Of a DNA stretch of 64,000 nt, positions 33,496 through 44,367 are shown in pieces (within the stretch, counting starts at the first letter, position 1; each line of letters opens with the position of its first letter). Source of the stretch: a virus; the IMG/VR virus record IMGVR_UViG_3300005613_000004; one strand, 5' to 3'. The translations under genes and the position numbers were made by a program. The notes beneath the pieces were generated by a model. The model saw only the letters and a program-made list of their open reading frames with translations, was not told the DNA's origin and did no database searches.

Positions 33496-36400
33496 TTGCC
33501 CCTTAACAAGTTAGATAATTTCATCAAAAACACTGAAGGTCGTATTTTATATGTAAGTCCAGCAGATCTGGATGCGACTGATAGTATCGGCAATACAGGA
33601 AATTCACTTGCTCGTCCATTTAAAACCATCCAAAGAGCATTAATTGAATCAGCAAGATTTTCTTATATAAAAGGAAATAATAATGATGAGACTGAAAAAA
33701 CTACGATTCTTTTGATGCCTGGTGAGCACGAAATTGATAATCGTCCAGGATATTTCATTTTTCAGAGTGGGTCAGAAGCTAGAGTAACTTCTCCCGATGG
33801 GACTGTTAATAATGAAAATGCATCAAACTATCTACCACTAACACTCAATTCTAATTTTGATTTAAATCAATCTGATAATGATTTAGTTAAGTTCAATAGT
33901 ATCAATGGTGGAGTAATTGTTCCGAGAGGAACTTCTATTGTTGGTCTTGATTTAAGAAAGACCAAAATTAGACCAAAGTATGTTCCTAATCCCACTGATA
34001 ATACACCAAACTCTGCTATTTTCAGAATTACTGGTGCATGTTACTTATGGCAGTTTTCGATATTTGATGGGAATGAATTTGATACTGTTTATACACAGTA
34101 TGATAGTTCCACAATTAAATCTTCTCCGACATTTTCACATCATAAATTAACTTGTTTTGAATATGCTGATGGTGTTAATAATGTAATTTCAAATAGTGTT
34201 GATCTAAATCTTACTGATTTGGAAATGTATTATGCTAAATTATCCATTGGATATGGTACAGGATCTGGAAATCCTGCAAGAGATATTGATGATAAATTTC
34301 CTAGTGATCCTGAAGGATTTGCTCCACAAAGACCCGAATTTGAAATTGTTGGTGCATTCGGATCTGACTCTTTAACAATCACTGATATTGAATCTGGATC
34401 TGGTGGAGTTCCATCTAATTTGATTACCGTAACTACAGAACTCCCTCATGAATTAAATGCGGGAACACCAATTCGTATTACTGGTGTAAGTGATAATGCA
34501 TATAATATTTCTACAAAAGTAGTTGAAGTCGATGATACAAATAATAATGTATTTTATTATAATATTTTATCTGATCCATCTTTTATTACTCCACAACCAT
34601 CAATTTCTGGAAATGAAAGAGTAACCATTGAAACTGATACAGTTTCTGGTGCATCTCCATATATTTTCAATATCTCTTTGCGTTCTGTATGGGGTATGAA
34701 TGGAATGCATGGAGATGGAAGCAAGGCAACTGGTTTCCGATCAATGGTTGTTGCACAGTTTACTGGAGTATCTTTACAAAAAGACGATAGAGCATTTGTG
34801 AAATATAGTCCATCAAATAGAGATTATAGTGATAATATTGAAATTACACCCACTTTTGGTGCAGATTTATCGGCAGAATCATCTTCTTCTGGTACAGCAT
34901 ATCATTTAGATTCTCAGGCAATTTATAGAAGAGGTTGGGACAATACACATATTAAGGTAACTAATGATGCAATCATGCAGATTGTTTCTGTCTTTGCGAT
35001 TGGATACAATAACCACTTCCTTGTAGACACTGGTGGTGATGCTTCAATTACAAACTCAAACTCTAACTTTGGTCAATTATCTTTAGTATCAAAAGGATTC
35101 AAAAAAGAAGCATTTGAAAAAGATAACAAAGCATATCTCACCCACATCATTCCACCAAGAGCGATTACATCAGAAGAAGAGGATATCGATTGGTTAAGAA
35201 TTGATATTGATAAAACTTTAAGTGTTGCAAACAATACGAGATTATATATTGATGGATTTGAAAATGAATCTATAAAACCACCCATATTAAGTCAAGGATA
35301 TCGTATCGGTGCAGCAGTAAATGATAAACTTTTCTTAGATATTGATGGCACTATAAGATCTGCAAATATTTTGATGTCTAATGCATCTGGTAGTTCCTCA
35401 TTCAGAAAAGTATCAGTAAGTCAACCAAGTTCAAATATATTTACTGCAAATGGACATGGATTTACAAATAGAGAAAAAGTAATTATCATTAGTGATGATG
35501 GAGATTATCCAGAAAACTTAGACACAAATACTGTCTATTATGTAATTTTTGTTGATGCAAATAGATTCAAATTAGCAGGATCTGAACCGGAAGCAGAAAA
35601 TGGTGAAGAAATTACTGTTTATAAAGGCACTAATTTAAGTGTCATTAGTCGTGTCTCTGATAAAGAATCTGGTGATGTGGCACATCCAGTTCAATATGAT
35701 GGAGATCAGTGGTATATCAATACAGATGCAAATAGTGAAATTTATCAAAATCTTACGAGTGGAATATCTGAACCAACATTTGTCAGAAGAATTGAAGACA
35801 ATAGAAGTTTAGATGAAAAGATTTATAAATTAAGAGTTGTTGTACCAAGACAATTTACAAATGGTAAAACTCCAGAAGCAGGATTTATTATTCAAGAATC
35901 TAGTTCTACAGGAGCGGTAGATGCGTCTGAGTTTACGGATACTACTATCACTAGAGATGATGTAGAATTTAAACGCAATCCAAGATTTATTAGTACTTGC
36001 TCTCGTAGTTCTTCTACTGTTACAGTTATCACTGAACTTCCACATAATCTCAATGTTGGAGATTCAGTTCTTATCAAAAATGTAACTGATAGTACTATTA
36101 ATACTGGAGTTGGTACTTTTAATAAGGGATATAATGGAACATACACTGTTTCCACAATTGATGATGATTTGACCTTTAAGTATACTACAACCCAGACACC
36201 GGGTAGTTTTACAAATGATACTTCTGTAAGAGATACTGATCTTCCAAGATTTGAAAGAAATAATTTACAATCAAATCTTTATGTCTATAGAAATGAAATC
36301 ATTAATGAATATGATGATGGACAACAAAGTGGTGTTTATCACATTTATGGATTAAAATCTGATGAAGCAATTGAAACAGAATTTACAAATTTAGAATATA

Positions 36401-39042
36401 GTCAAAATGTCGTTAACCTGTATCCACAACTTGATAGGGATAATGAAGATGACAATCCACTTTCTGCAAACTCTTATGCAAAAAGATCTCCTATTGGTGA
36501 AGTTGTAACTAATGATCTCAAGAAGAGTATTACTAGAGAATCTGTCGATTCTTTAATTACAAATTTTGGAATAGGTCTTGATATTTCTTCTGTCTCCAAT
36601 TCTGCTACAAGTGCAGATATTACATTTACAAGAAGACATGGATTTGCCGGTATTGTAACGGGTAATTATTCAGCACTTACGGCAAATTTTACTCCAGGAA
36701 CTTATCAAAATACAAAAATATTTAATAACTCTGGTTTAACACAATGGAATGGTGCAACAGCTACCATTGTTGTTGCTGGTGGTGGTAATATTAGTAATGT
36801 TACTATTGTTTCCAATGGTTCTGGTTATTCTGCAGGAACTTATTATCTTGATGAAAATATCATTGGCAATGGTAACAATAATCAATTCACTATTACTTCT
36901 TCAGGTATTTCAAGTTCTATAGGAGATGTTATTCAATTTACTGGAGCAGGAAAACCTGATACTTATCATCGTATTACTGCTGTAGGAAGTGATACTCAAA
37001 TTTCTATTGCAAAAACATCTGGTGATCCCACAATAGATAATTCTCAATATGCAATTTTAATTTCTCCAAGTGCTGAAATTGATACAAATACTTATACTTC
37101 AGATATTTCTACAATCACTACTATTTCTCCACACTCATTAAGTGCAGGAAATAGATTTAGAATTATTGATAGTAATAATAATAATCAAGGTGATTTTATT
37201 ATTGAAGAAGTTATTGGTATCAATACATTTACATATAAGTCAACAAATGACCTTGGGGCATTAAGCAATGGATACATTCTAAAGCATGGTCTTTCTGCAA
37301 ATAAAGGAATATCAGATTCTTCTAATGAAAATCTTGATTCAAGATCATTATATTTTTATGATAAAGAAACTCTTACTCTTAATGAATCAGTTACATCATC
37401 TGACACATCATTTAAAGTTTCGAGTGCTGGCATTGGAACTGCATTAAGATTTCCGTTAGGATCTTATATTCAGGTTGGTAGAGAGATTATGAGGGTGTCT
37501 TCCTCCTCATTAGGTGGTATCAATGATGATGAAATTAGTGTTATTCGTGGTGTTTTATCTACAAAAGCAGATTCATATGCGAACGGAGAATTACTTAAAA
37601 AAGTAAATATTCCTGCTATTGAATTCCGCAGACCATCTATCATTCGTGCTTCTGGACATACATTTGAATATCTTGGATATGGTCCTGGTAATTATTCAAC
37701 TGCACTTCCACAAGTACAGGATATTACTTTAACCGAAAGAGAAGAATTTTTAACGCAATCTCAAGAAAGGTCTGGTGGAATTGTTGTTTATACCGGTATG
37801 AATAACAAGGGTGATTTCTTTATCGGAAATCAGAAAAAGTCTTCTGCAACTGGTGAAGAAATTACATTTGATACTCCTATCCCAACAATAACTGGTGAAG
37901 ATCCATCAAGATTGAGTGCAGTTTTTGATGAAGTTACAATTAAGGAAAGATTAGTTGTAGAAGGTGGTTCTTCCAATCAAGTTCTTTCACAATTTGAAGG
38001 ACCTGTTAATTTTAGTTCAGAAGTGAGATTTTCTGATAATGTTAGAATTGTTGAAACTGAAGATTCTACAAGTTCAACATCAGGAGCACTTATAGTTTCT
38101 GGTGGTGTTGGTATTGGCAAAACACTTAATGTCGAAGGAAAAGCAAACATTGGAAACATAGGAATTGATACAAACACTATCAGTTCAACTAATACTAATG
38201 GAGACATCAATATTGATCCTATTGGTACGGGTGAAGTTAATATTTCCTCTAATACATCAATTACTGGAATTTTAAATATCGACAATGTACGTATTGATGG
38301 TAATACCATTGACGTAACGAACACTAATGGTGATTTAAATCTTAGTGGAAATGGAAGTGGTTCTGTTAATGTAACTAGTGACTTAGATATCACTGGTAGT
38401 TTGAATGTAACTAGTGACTTAGATATCACTGGGAATTTGGGTATAGGTGGTTCGGCTACAATAGGGAACGATAGAGACACGGATACTCACACAGTCAATG
38501 GTTCTTTTACTATCAATGGTCGTGGTAGTGGATTTGTAGTAATGGGACAGGATACTAATGGTGGTTCAATAGAAATTTTAAGATCAAGTGGATCTTTTAT
38601 AGACCTTAAAAGGTCCGAAAATGAAGATTATAATGTTAGATTAGATAATTTTACAAGTAGAGAACTAAAAATTAGTGCTGAAGGAAGTAATACTGCAGAA
38701 TTAAAAGTTACTGGAGATATTACTGCCTTTGCTTCTGATGAAAGATTAAAAACTGATATTAAACCTATAGAAAATGCTCTTACTAAGACATTATCTTTGA
38801 ATGGATTTACATATAAGTTTAATGAAATTGGTGAGAAACTCGGTTTTAACTCAAATATTACTTATTCTGGTGTATCTGCACAAGAAGTTCAGAAAGTGTT
38901 GCCTGAAGTAGTTAAACCGGCTCCTGTTGATGAGAATTACATTACAGTTCAATATGATAAAGTTATTCCACTCCTAATAGAAGCAATCAAGGAACTCTCT
39001 AATAAAGTAGAAAGACTTGAGAGGCAGTTGGAAGATAAATAA
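33496..39042 (+). CDS. Large virion structural/fibre protein (1848 aa) with C-terminal S74-like chaperone
   Basis: TTG start. 'LYVSPADLDATD', 'IVGLDLRKT', 'SGHTFEYLGYGPGNYSTALP', 'SDERLKTDIKPI..GVSAQEVQKVLPE..VQYDKVIPLLIEAIKEL'. Confidence 0.85.
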   Translation: MPLNKLDNFIKNTEGRILYVSPADLDATDSIGNTGNSLARPFKTIQRALIESARFSYIKGNNNDETEKTTILLMPGEHEIDNRPGYFIFQSGSEARVTSPDGTVNNENASNYLPLTLNSNFDLNQSDNDLVKFNSINGGVIVPRGTSIVGLDLRKTKIRPKYVPNPTDNTPNSAIFRITGACYLWQFSIFDGNEFDTVYTQYDSSTIKSSPTFSHHKLTCFEYADGVNNVISNSVDLNLTDLEMYYAKLSIGYGTGSGNPARDIDDKFPSDPEGFAPQRPEFEIVGAFGSDSLTITDIESGSGGVPSNLITVTTELPHELNAGTPIRITGVSDNAYNISTKVVEVDDTNNNVFYYNILSDPSFITPQPSISGNERVTIETDTVSGASPYIFNISLRSVWGMNGMHGDGSKATGFRSMVVAQFTGVSLQKDDRAFVKYSPSNRDYSDNIEITPTFGADLSAESSSSGTAYHLDSQAIYRRGWDNTHIKVTNDAIMQIVSVFAIGYNNHFLVDTGGDASITNSNSNFGQLSLVSKGFKKEAFEKDNKAYLTHIIPPRAITSEEEDIDWLRIDIDKTLSVANNTRLYIDGFENESIKPPILSQGYRIGAAVNDKLFLDIDGTIRSANILMSNASGSSSFRKVSVSQPSSNIFTANGHGFTNREKVIIISDDGDYPENLDTNTVYYVIFVDANRFKLAGSEPEAENGEEITVYKGTNLSVISRVSDKESGDVAHPVQYDGDQWYINTDANSEIYQNLTSGISEPTFVRRIEDNRSLDEKIYKLRVVVPRQFTNGKTPEAGFIIQESSSTGAVDASEFTDTTITRDDVEFKRNPRFISTCSRSSSTVTVITELPHNLNVGDSVLIKNVTDSTINTGVGTFNKGYNGTYTVSTIDDDLTFKYTTTQTPGSFTNDTSVRDTDLPRFERNNLQSNLYVYRNEIINEYDDGQQSGVYHIYGLKSDEAIETEFTNLEYSQNVVNLYPQLDRDNEDDNPLSANSYAKRSPIGEVVTNDLKKSITRESVDSLITNFGIGLDISSVSNSATSADITFTRRHGFAGIVTGNYSALTANFTPGTYQNTKIFNNSGLTQWNGATATIVVAGGGNISNVTIVSNGSGYSAGTYYLDENIIGNGNNNQFTITSSGISSSIGDVIQFTGAGKPDTYHRITAVGSDTQISIAKTSGDPTIDNSQYAILISPSAEIDTNTYTSDISTITTISPHSLSAGNRFRIIDSNNNNQGDFIIEEVIGINTFTYKSTNDLGALSNGYILKHGLSANKGISDSSNENLDSRSLYFYDKETLTLNESVTSSDTSFKVSSAGIGTALRFPLGSYIQVGREIMRVSSSSLGGINDDEISVIRGVLSTKADSYANGELLKKVNIPAIEFRRPSIIRASGHTFEYLGYGPGNYSTALPQVQDITLTEREEFLTQSQERSGGIVVYTGMNNKGDFFIGNQKKSSATGEEITFDTPIPTITGEDPSRLSAVFDEVTIKERLVVEGGSSNQVLSQFEGPVNFSSEVRFSDNVRIVETEDSTSSTSGALIVSGGVGIGKTLNVEGKANIGNIGIDTNTISSTNTNGDINIDPIGTGEVNISSNTSITGILNIDNVRIDGNTIDVTNTNGDLNLSGNGSGSVNVTSDLDITGSLNVTSDLDITGNLGIGGSATIGNDRDTDTHTVNGSFTINGRGSGFVVMGQDTNGGSIEILRSSGSFIDLKRSENEDYNVRLDNFTSRELKISAEGSNTAELKVTGDITAFASDERLKTDIKPIENALTKTLSLNGFTYKFNEIGEKLGFNSNITYSGVSAQEVQKVLPEVVKPAPVDENYITVQYDKVIPLLIEAIKELSNKVERLERQLEDK

Positions 39043-39058
39043 CTAAAAAGTATATAAT

Positions 39059-40738
39059 ATGGCAAATATACGAAAGTCATTTAATTTTAAATCTGGACTT
39101 CAAGTTGATAGTAATAATTTCGTAGTTAATTCAAATGGTTTAGTAGGAATTGGCACTTCAATTCCCACAACATATCTTTTAAATGTTTATGGTGATATAA
39201 GATCTACTGGAATAGTCACATCATCTGAATTATTTACTGGAGTGGGAACTATTACCAATTTATCAGCAACTAATGCAGATATTGGTATTATTACAGCATC
39301 TCAATTACAACTTGGATCTAATGAACTAGTTGATGAATTAATTGGATATGCTCGAACTACTTTTATCACTGATAATTCTGGAATAGGACTACATACAACA
39401 TCAAAACTTGGTATTAATACAACAATAAGTCCCGGAACAACCGATCCAGAGTTTAGTGTTTTTGGTGATGTAAATATCACTGGAATTGTCACTGCCGAGT
39501 CTTTTGATGGAAGTTTGAATGCTACAGATTTAACATCTGGAACTATTGACAATGAGAGATTTCCATCCAATATCAATGTTACTGGAATTATTACTGCTTC
39601 TTCATTTGAAGGTAATTTAACTGGAGATGCAACTGGATTATCAGGAACACCAAACATTACGGTTGGTATAATAACTGCTGAAAGCATTGTTGCCACTGGA
39701 ATTATTACTGGCAGTAGTATTGATGTTAATACTGGTTCTATTACTGGTGGTAGTATTGATGTGAATACCGGTTCTATTACTGGTGGTAGTATTAATGTCA
39801 CTGGAATTATCACTGGTAGTAGTATTGATGTTAACACTGGTTCTATTACTGGTGGTAGTATTGATGTTAGTGGAATTGCAACAGTTTCTACATTGAATTC
39901 TACAAAAATATCCTCATCAAATATTAATGCATCAAGTTACATTGGTATAGGAACTGATGATTCAAATTATGAACAACATATACGTAAAAATGGAAATGCG
40001 ATTTTAAAAATTACAAGTGATGAAAATGAAGCAATTATTGCTATTGGAAGGAGCACATCAACATCAGATGCAAATAATAATAATACTTTAATAAAAGTTG
40101 GAACTGTTGGTGGACTATACCCATACAGCTCTTTTGATTCTTTGAATATCATAAATCAAGGAGATGGCAATTTCAATTCTTATATTGATAGTAATGGAGT
40201 AGACAATTATTTCATGTGGTTACGTGGCACTAATGTTCCATTACTAACATTAACTCGTGATGGAAATCTTGGGATTGGAATTACAAATCCAACACACAAA
40301 TTAAATGTTCAAGGCATTTCTACCTTTACGGGTGATGCACATTTTGATACTAATGTAACCATAGGTAGTTTATTAACTGTTGATTCTATTAATGTTTCTC
40401 AATCTTTAAATGCAGATGTAACTGGAAATTTGACTGGGAATGTAACTGGAAATCTAACAGGTGATGTAAATGGTGATGTATTGGGAATTTCTACATTTAA
40501 TGATATTCAATCTGGTCGTGTCGGTATCGGTACTACACTTCCAAGATGTGCTTTGGATATTCTTGACTCCACTTCAACTAGCAAAGGATTTGTACTCCTA
40601 CCATTTCAAGATACTTCTAATCGAAATGAGATAGGTGCTGGTTCAACTATTGAGGGGTCATTAATATACAATAGAGATAATAACAGATTTGAATATTTTA
40701 ATGGAACTGATTGGGTTGGTTTATCTACGGAGGCATAA
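39059..40738 (+). CDS. Tail fibre-like virion protein
   Basis: GIGT repeats, 'TGSITGGSIDV' repeats, C-terminal 'GSLIYNRDNNRFEYFNGTDW'. Confidence 0.75.
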   Translation: MANIRKSFNFKSGLQVDSNNFVVNSNGLVGIGTSIPTTYLLNVYGDIRSTGIVTSSELFTGVGTITNLSATNADIGIITASQLQLGSNELVDELIGYARTTFITDNSGIGLHTTSKLGINTTISPGTTDPEFSVFGDVNITGIVTAESFDGSLNATDLTSGTIDNERFPSNINVTGIITASSFEGNLTGDATGLSGTPNITVGIITAESIVATGIITGSSIDVNTGSITGGSIDVNTGSITGGSINVTGIITGSSIDVNTGSITGGSIDVSGIATVSTLNSTKISSSNINASSYIGIGTDDSNYEQHIRKNGNAILKITSDENEAIIAIGRSTSTSDANNNNTLIKVGTVGGLYPYSSFDSLNIINQGDGNFNSYIDSNGVDNYFMWLRGTNVPLLTLTRDGNLGIGITNPTHKLNVQGISTFTGDAHFDTNVTIGSLLTVDSINVSQSLNADVTGNLTGNVTGNLTGDVNGDVLGISTFNDIQSGRVGIGTTLPRCALDILDSTSTSKGFVLLPFQDTSNRNEIGAGSTIEGSLIYNRDNNRFEYFNGTDWVGLSTEA

Positions 40739-40742
40739 TAAA

Positions 40743-41813
40743 ATGACATTACAAAACACTGGATCAATCTCATTTACAAATATTTCTAATGAATTTGGAA
40801 ACCAAGGAAGTATTGGTGCATATAGATCAACTCAATCTATTGGTGGGAGAAATTGGCCTCTTGATGAAGGATTTCCTACATCTGGTGCAGTATCTTTCTC
40901 AGATTTTTATGGAAAACGGAGAAATATTATAATTGATTGCTATACTAGTGGTGGAAGTAGAGTGAATGCAGGAGACCGTGCCAGGACAACAGTGGGAGGT
41001 GGTCCTACGAATGTAACTGGTTCACGACTTATCATTTATGTCAATAATACATTTAAAGGAAATAAAGGGGGAAATTCTAGAACGAGATATTCATTAAGAA
41101 CGGGAGGATTTGCCAATGCTGCAAAAATGGATATTATTTTAGGAAATTCTGCAAGAATTTTAGGTGCAGGAGGAAATGGTGGTGCTGGTGGAACACGTAA
41201 CGAAAATGGAGCTAATAGTGGAAAATCTGGAGAACCTGGACAAAGTGCATTAGCACTTGATAGAAATGTTGAAGAAATAGTATTGAGTAGTGGAGCAATT
41301 ATCAGAGCAGGTAGTGGTGGTGGCGGCGGTGGCGGCGCTGCTGCCGGAGAAAGAGATAATAGCAAAGAACAAGCCGGAGGTGGTGGAGGTGGAGGTGGAT
41401 CTGGAACTCCGGCAGGAAACGCAGGAGCAAAAGCAGGGGAAGGATCCGCAGCAGGAAATGCAGGAAATTCCACTAAAGGTGGTAATGGTGGAAAAGGTGG
41501 AGATGCTGGTGGCAACGCTTTTGGTGGAGGAGGTGGTGGTGGTGGATCATGGGGTGCAAGTAATGGTGGAGAAGGTGGAAAAGGTGGCGAAAATGATGAT
41601 AATCAAGCAGAAAATGGTGACGACGGAAACACTAGTGGTACAGGAGGAGATGGTGGTAAAGGTTTAGCAAGAGGAAGTGGACAGTCGGAGAAAGATGGAG
41701 GATCCGGAGGTGCTAGTGGATACTCAATTACTTCAGTATCTGGTGTTGTAATTCCAACACCATCGGGAGGAACCGTTCAAGGACCCCGTGCAAGTGGGGG
41801 AGGAATATCATAG
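40743..41813 (+). CDS. Glycine-rich fibre-tip/adhesin-like protein (gp38-like polyglycine architecture)
   Basis: 'GSISFTNISNEFG..GAVSFSDFYG', then 'GAGGNGG' and poly-Gly runs. Confidence 0.7.
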   Translation: MTLQNTGSISFTNISNEFGNQGSIGAYRSTQSIGGRNWPLDEGFPTSGAVSFSDFYGKRRNIIIDCYTSGGSRVNAGDRARTTVGGGPTNVTGSRLIIYVNNTFKGNKGGNSRTRYSLRTGGFANAAKMDIILGNSARILGAGGNGGAGGTRNENGANSGKSGEPGQSALALDRNVEEIVLSSGAIIRAGSGGGGGGGAAAGERDNSKEQAGGGGGGGGSGTPAGNAGAKAGEGSAAGNAGNSTKGGNGGKGGDAGGNAFGGGGGGGGSWGASNGGEGGKGGENDDNQAENGDDGNTSGTGGDGGKGLARGSGQSEKDGGSGGASGYSITSVSGVVIPTPSGGTVQGPRASGGGIS

Positions 41814-41840
41814 ATAGATAGATTAGAATATTATAATATT

Positions 41841-42452
41841 ATGGAAAAAATAGAAGTTGTAATATATGAATCTCCTTTTCCGCATATGATTGTGGAAAAT
41901 TTTTATAATAAAGAAGAATTGAATCTTATTTGGGAAGAATTAAATTTTTATACAAAACCAGGAAAATTTTTAGAAGCAAAATATTATGGTGGAATAGTTG
42001 ATTACACAAATTCTAAAGCACTTCATTTGGATTCATTATATGATGATAAGTATAGATCAATTTCAAATATTTTAACTGTAAATAGAAAATTATTTAATTG
42101 TGGAGTATTGGATCATTTCTCAAATATACATCAGTGTTGTATCTTAGCAAATAAATCTAATTATGATATCACTAAAGTTAGATACTATCATGATGGAGAA
42201 TATTACGACCCTCATACCGATAGTTCAATGCAATTTTTAGCATTTTCATACTTTTATAGAGAACCAAAAAAATTTGTAGGAGGAAATTTAGTATTCCCAC
42301 AATATGATCACGAGATTATATGTAATAATAATTCTACGATTATCTTTCCTGGATGGGTAGAACACGGAGTTTCTAAAGTTGAAATTAATGAATCCGATTA
42401 TTTTGATGGATTTGGTCGTTATGCAATTACTTCATTTTTTGGATGTAAGTAA
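41841..42452 (+). CDS. 2OG-Fe(II) oxygenase
   Basis: HxD 'YDPHTD', 'FVGGNLVF', 'IFPGWVEHGV', 'GRYAIT'. Confidence 0.88.
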   Translation: MEKIEVVIYESPFPHMIVENFYNKEELNLIWEELNFYTKPGKFLEAKYYGGIVDYTNSKALHLDSLYDDKYRSISNILTVNRKLFNCGVLDHFSNIHQCCILANKSNYDITKVRYYHDGEYYDPHTDSSMQFLAFSYFYREPKKFVGGNLVFPQYDHEIICNNNSTIIFPGWVEHGVSKVEINESDYFDGFGRYAITSFFGCK

Positions 42453-42458
42453 ACAGAC

Positions 42459-43028
42459 ATGATAAATCAGAATTTTATATCAATTTATGATGATATTTTA
42501 TCAAAAGAATACTGTGATATTATCATCAATGAATATGAAAATAATACAGAAAGACATCAAAAAGGTTTAGTTGGGAATGGCAAGATTAAATCAGAAATTA
42601 AAAAATCTACAGATATTAATTACTCTATAAATGAAAAATGTGATACTGTCTCAATTATCTTAGATACTTTAGAAATTGCCATGGATGAATATAAAAATAA
42701 TTATCCTGATGTAGATATGATTAATAAATGGGGTATTGAAACAGCATTTAATGTGCAGAAATATAAACCAGGTGAAGGATTTTTTTCTACTCATTGCGAA
42801 TCTGTGGATCTTGTCTCATCAAATAGGGTTCTTGTTTGGATGTTTTATTTGAATGATGTTTATGATAATGGTGGAACTAGATTTCCTACTTATGATCTCA
42901 CTATAAATGCAAGAATGGGTAGATTAGTTGTTTGGCCTGCATATTGGACTCATCAACATCATGGTATTTCAAGTGAAACTGAAACAAAATACATTGCTAC
43001 AGGATGGCATGTATTCAAAGAGTCTTGA
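42459..43028 (+). CDS. 2OG-Fe(II) oxygenase (prolyl-4-hydroxylase-like)
   Basis: 'QKYKPGEGF..HCE', 'WMFYLNDV..GGTRF', 'WPAYWTHQHHG', 'KYIATGW'. Confidence 0.88.
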   Translation: MINQNFISIYDDILSKEYCDIIINEYENNTERHQKGLVGNGKIKSEIKKSTDINYSINEKCDTVSIILDTLEIAMDEYKNNYPDVDMINKWGIETAFNVQKYKPGEGFFSTHCESVDLVSSNRVLVWMFYLNDVYDNGGTRFPTYDLTINARMGRLVVWPAYWTHQHHGISSETETKYIATGWHVFKES

Positions 43029-43053
43029 CAGGACTCTAAAAACCCTGTAGACT
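43025..43053 (+). promoter_or_regulatory. Sigma70-type promoter
   Basis: TTGACA, 17 bp, TAGACT. Confidence 0.6.
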
Positions 43054-43170
43054 ACCTTTGTCTGGGTTGAAGATGAGATTCTAAGTTATTAAAGACAGTT
43101 CTAGAACCGTCCACTGGGTCGCACTGGGGACGGTTTTCTGCTATAATAACAAGGTATTCGACAGGAACCG

Positions 43171-44364
43171 ATGCCCATCACACTGCGTCCTCACCAGCAA
43201 GATGCTTTGGATGCAATGCTGGTCAATGAGAAAGGTCAGATTGTGATTCCGACTGGTGGTGGTAAAACTCCAGTTATGTTCCACGATTTGATTGTCAACT
43301 GCCAGTATATTGACAATGGTATGACTACCGTTGTTGTTGCTCCTCGTATTCTGCTGGCAGAACAACTTTGCTCTGAGTTTCTGGAGCACATTGATACTAC
43401 CAACACTCACATTATGCACGTTCATAGTGGTGAGACTCATCACTTTAGCAGCACGAATCCTTCAAAGATTCATTTGTTTGCTAACACTGCACGAACTGCT
43501 GGTGAGAATGTTATTATCTTCACCACCTATCATTCTCTGCATCGTCTGATTGATGCAGATATTGAAGTCAACACCATTTACTTTGATGAAGCGCACAATT
43601 CCGTTCAACGTAACTTTTTCCCTGCTACGGAACACTTTGCTTTTGATGCTGATCGTTGCTACTTCTTCACTGCTACTCCTAAGCACTCTGTTACTATTTC
43701 CAAACCAGGGATGAATGATCCTGAGATCTACGGTAAAGTTATTTGTAATGTTCCTGCTCCTAAGTTGGTAGAAGAAGGTTATATCCTTCCTCCTAAGGTT
43801 GTTGTGAAGCAACTGGATATGGTACAGGACAAGCAGATGATTGCCGATCGTGATTCTCAGAATCTTCTTGACACCATCGATGAAAATGCACTGGATAAGA
43901 TTCTTATCTGTGCTCGTTCTACCAAGCAGATTATCAAACTTCTTGCAGAATCTGATTTCCGTAATGAACTTACAGAACGTGGTTATTCTGTGATGTATAT
44001 TACTTCTAAGACTGGTGCTATTATTGATGGTCAGAAGGTCAATCGTGAGGTATTCTTTGACACTCTGAATACTTGGGGCAAGGATTCTTCTAAAAAGTTT
44101 GTGGTTCTTCATCACAGCATTCTGTCTGAAGGTATCAACGTTTCTGGTCTGGAAGCAGTTCTGTTTATGCGTAATATGGACTACATTGGATTGAGTCAAA
44201 GTATTGGACGGGTTATCCGTCTGGGAGGATCTCAGAAGACCTTTGGATTGATCTGTGTGCCCGTTTATGATAAAGTGGGTATCAGCACCGCCAAGTCCGT
44301 TCAGGCAGTCGTTGACACCGTGTTCAAGCAGGGACAACCTGCCATCTCCGTTATCCGTCGTTGA
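43171..44364 (+). CDS. SF2 helicase (DExH/ResIII-like)
   Basis: Q motif 'LRPHQ', Walker A 'PTGGGKT', 'FDEAH', 'FTATP', 'LSEGINV', 'QSIGRVIR'. Confidence 0.92.
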   Translation: MPITLRPHQQDALDAMLVNEKGQIVIPTGGGKTPVMFHDLIVNCQYIDNGMTTVVVAPRILLAEQLCSEFLEHIDTTNTHIMHVHSGETHHFSSTNPSKIHLFANTARTAGENVIIFTTYHSLHRLIDADIEVNTIYFDEAHNSVQRNFFPATEHFAFDADRCYFFTATPKHSVTISKPGMNDPEIYGKVICNVPAPKLVEEGYILPPKVVVKQLDMVQDKQMIADRDSQNLLDTIDENALDKILICARSTKQIIKLLAESDFRNELTERGYSVMYITSKTGAIIDGQKVNREVFFDTLNTWGKDSSKKFVVLHHSILSEGINVSGLEAVLFMRNMDYIGLSQSIGRVIRLGGSQKTFGLICVPVYDKVGISTAKSVQAVVDTVFKQGQPAISVIRR

Positions 44365-44367
44365 CCT

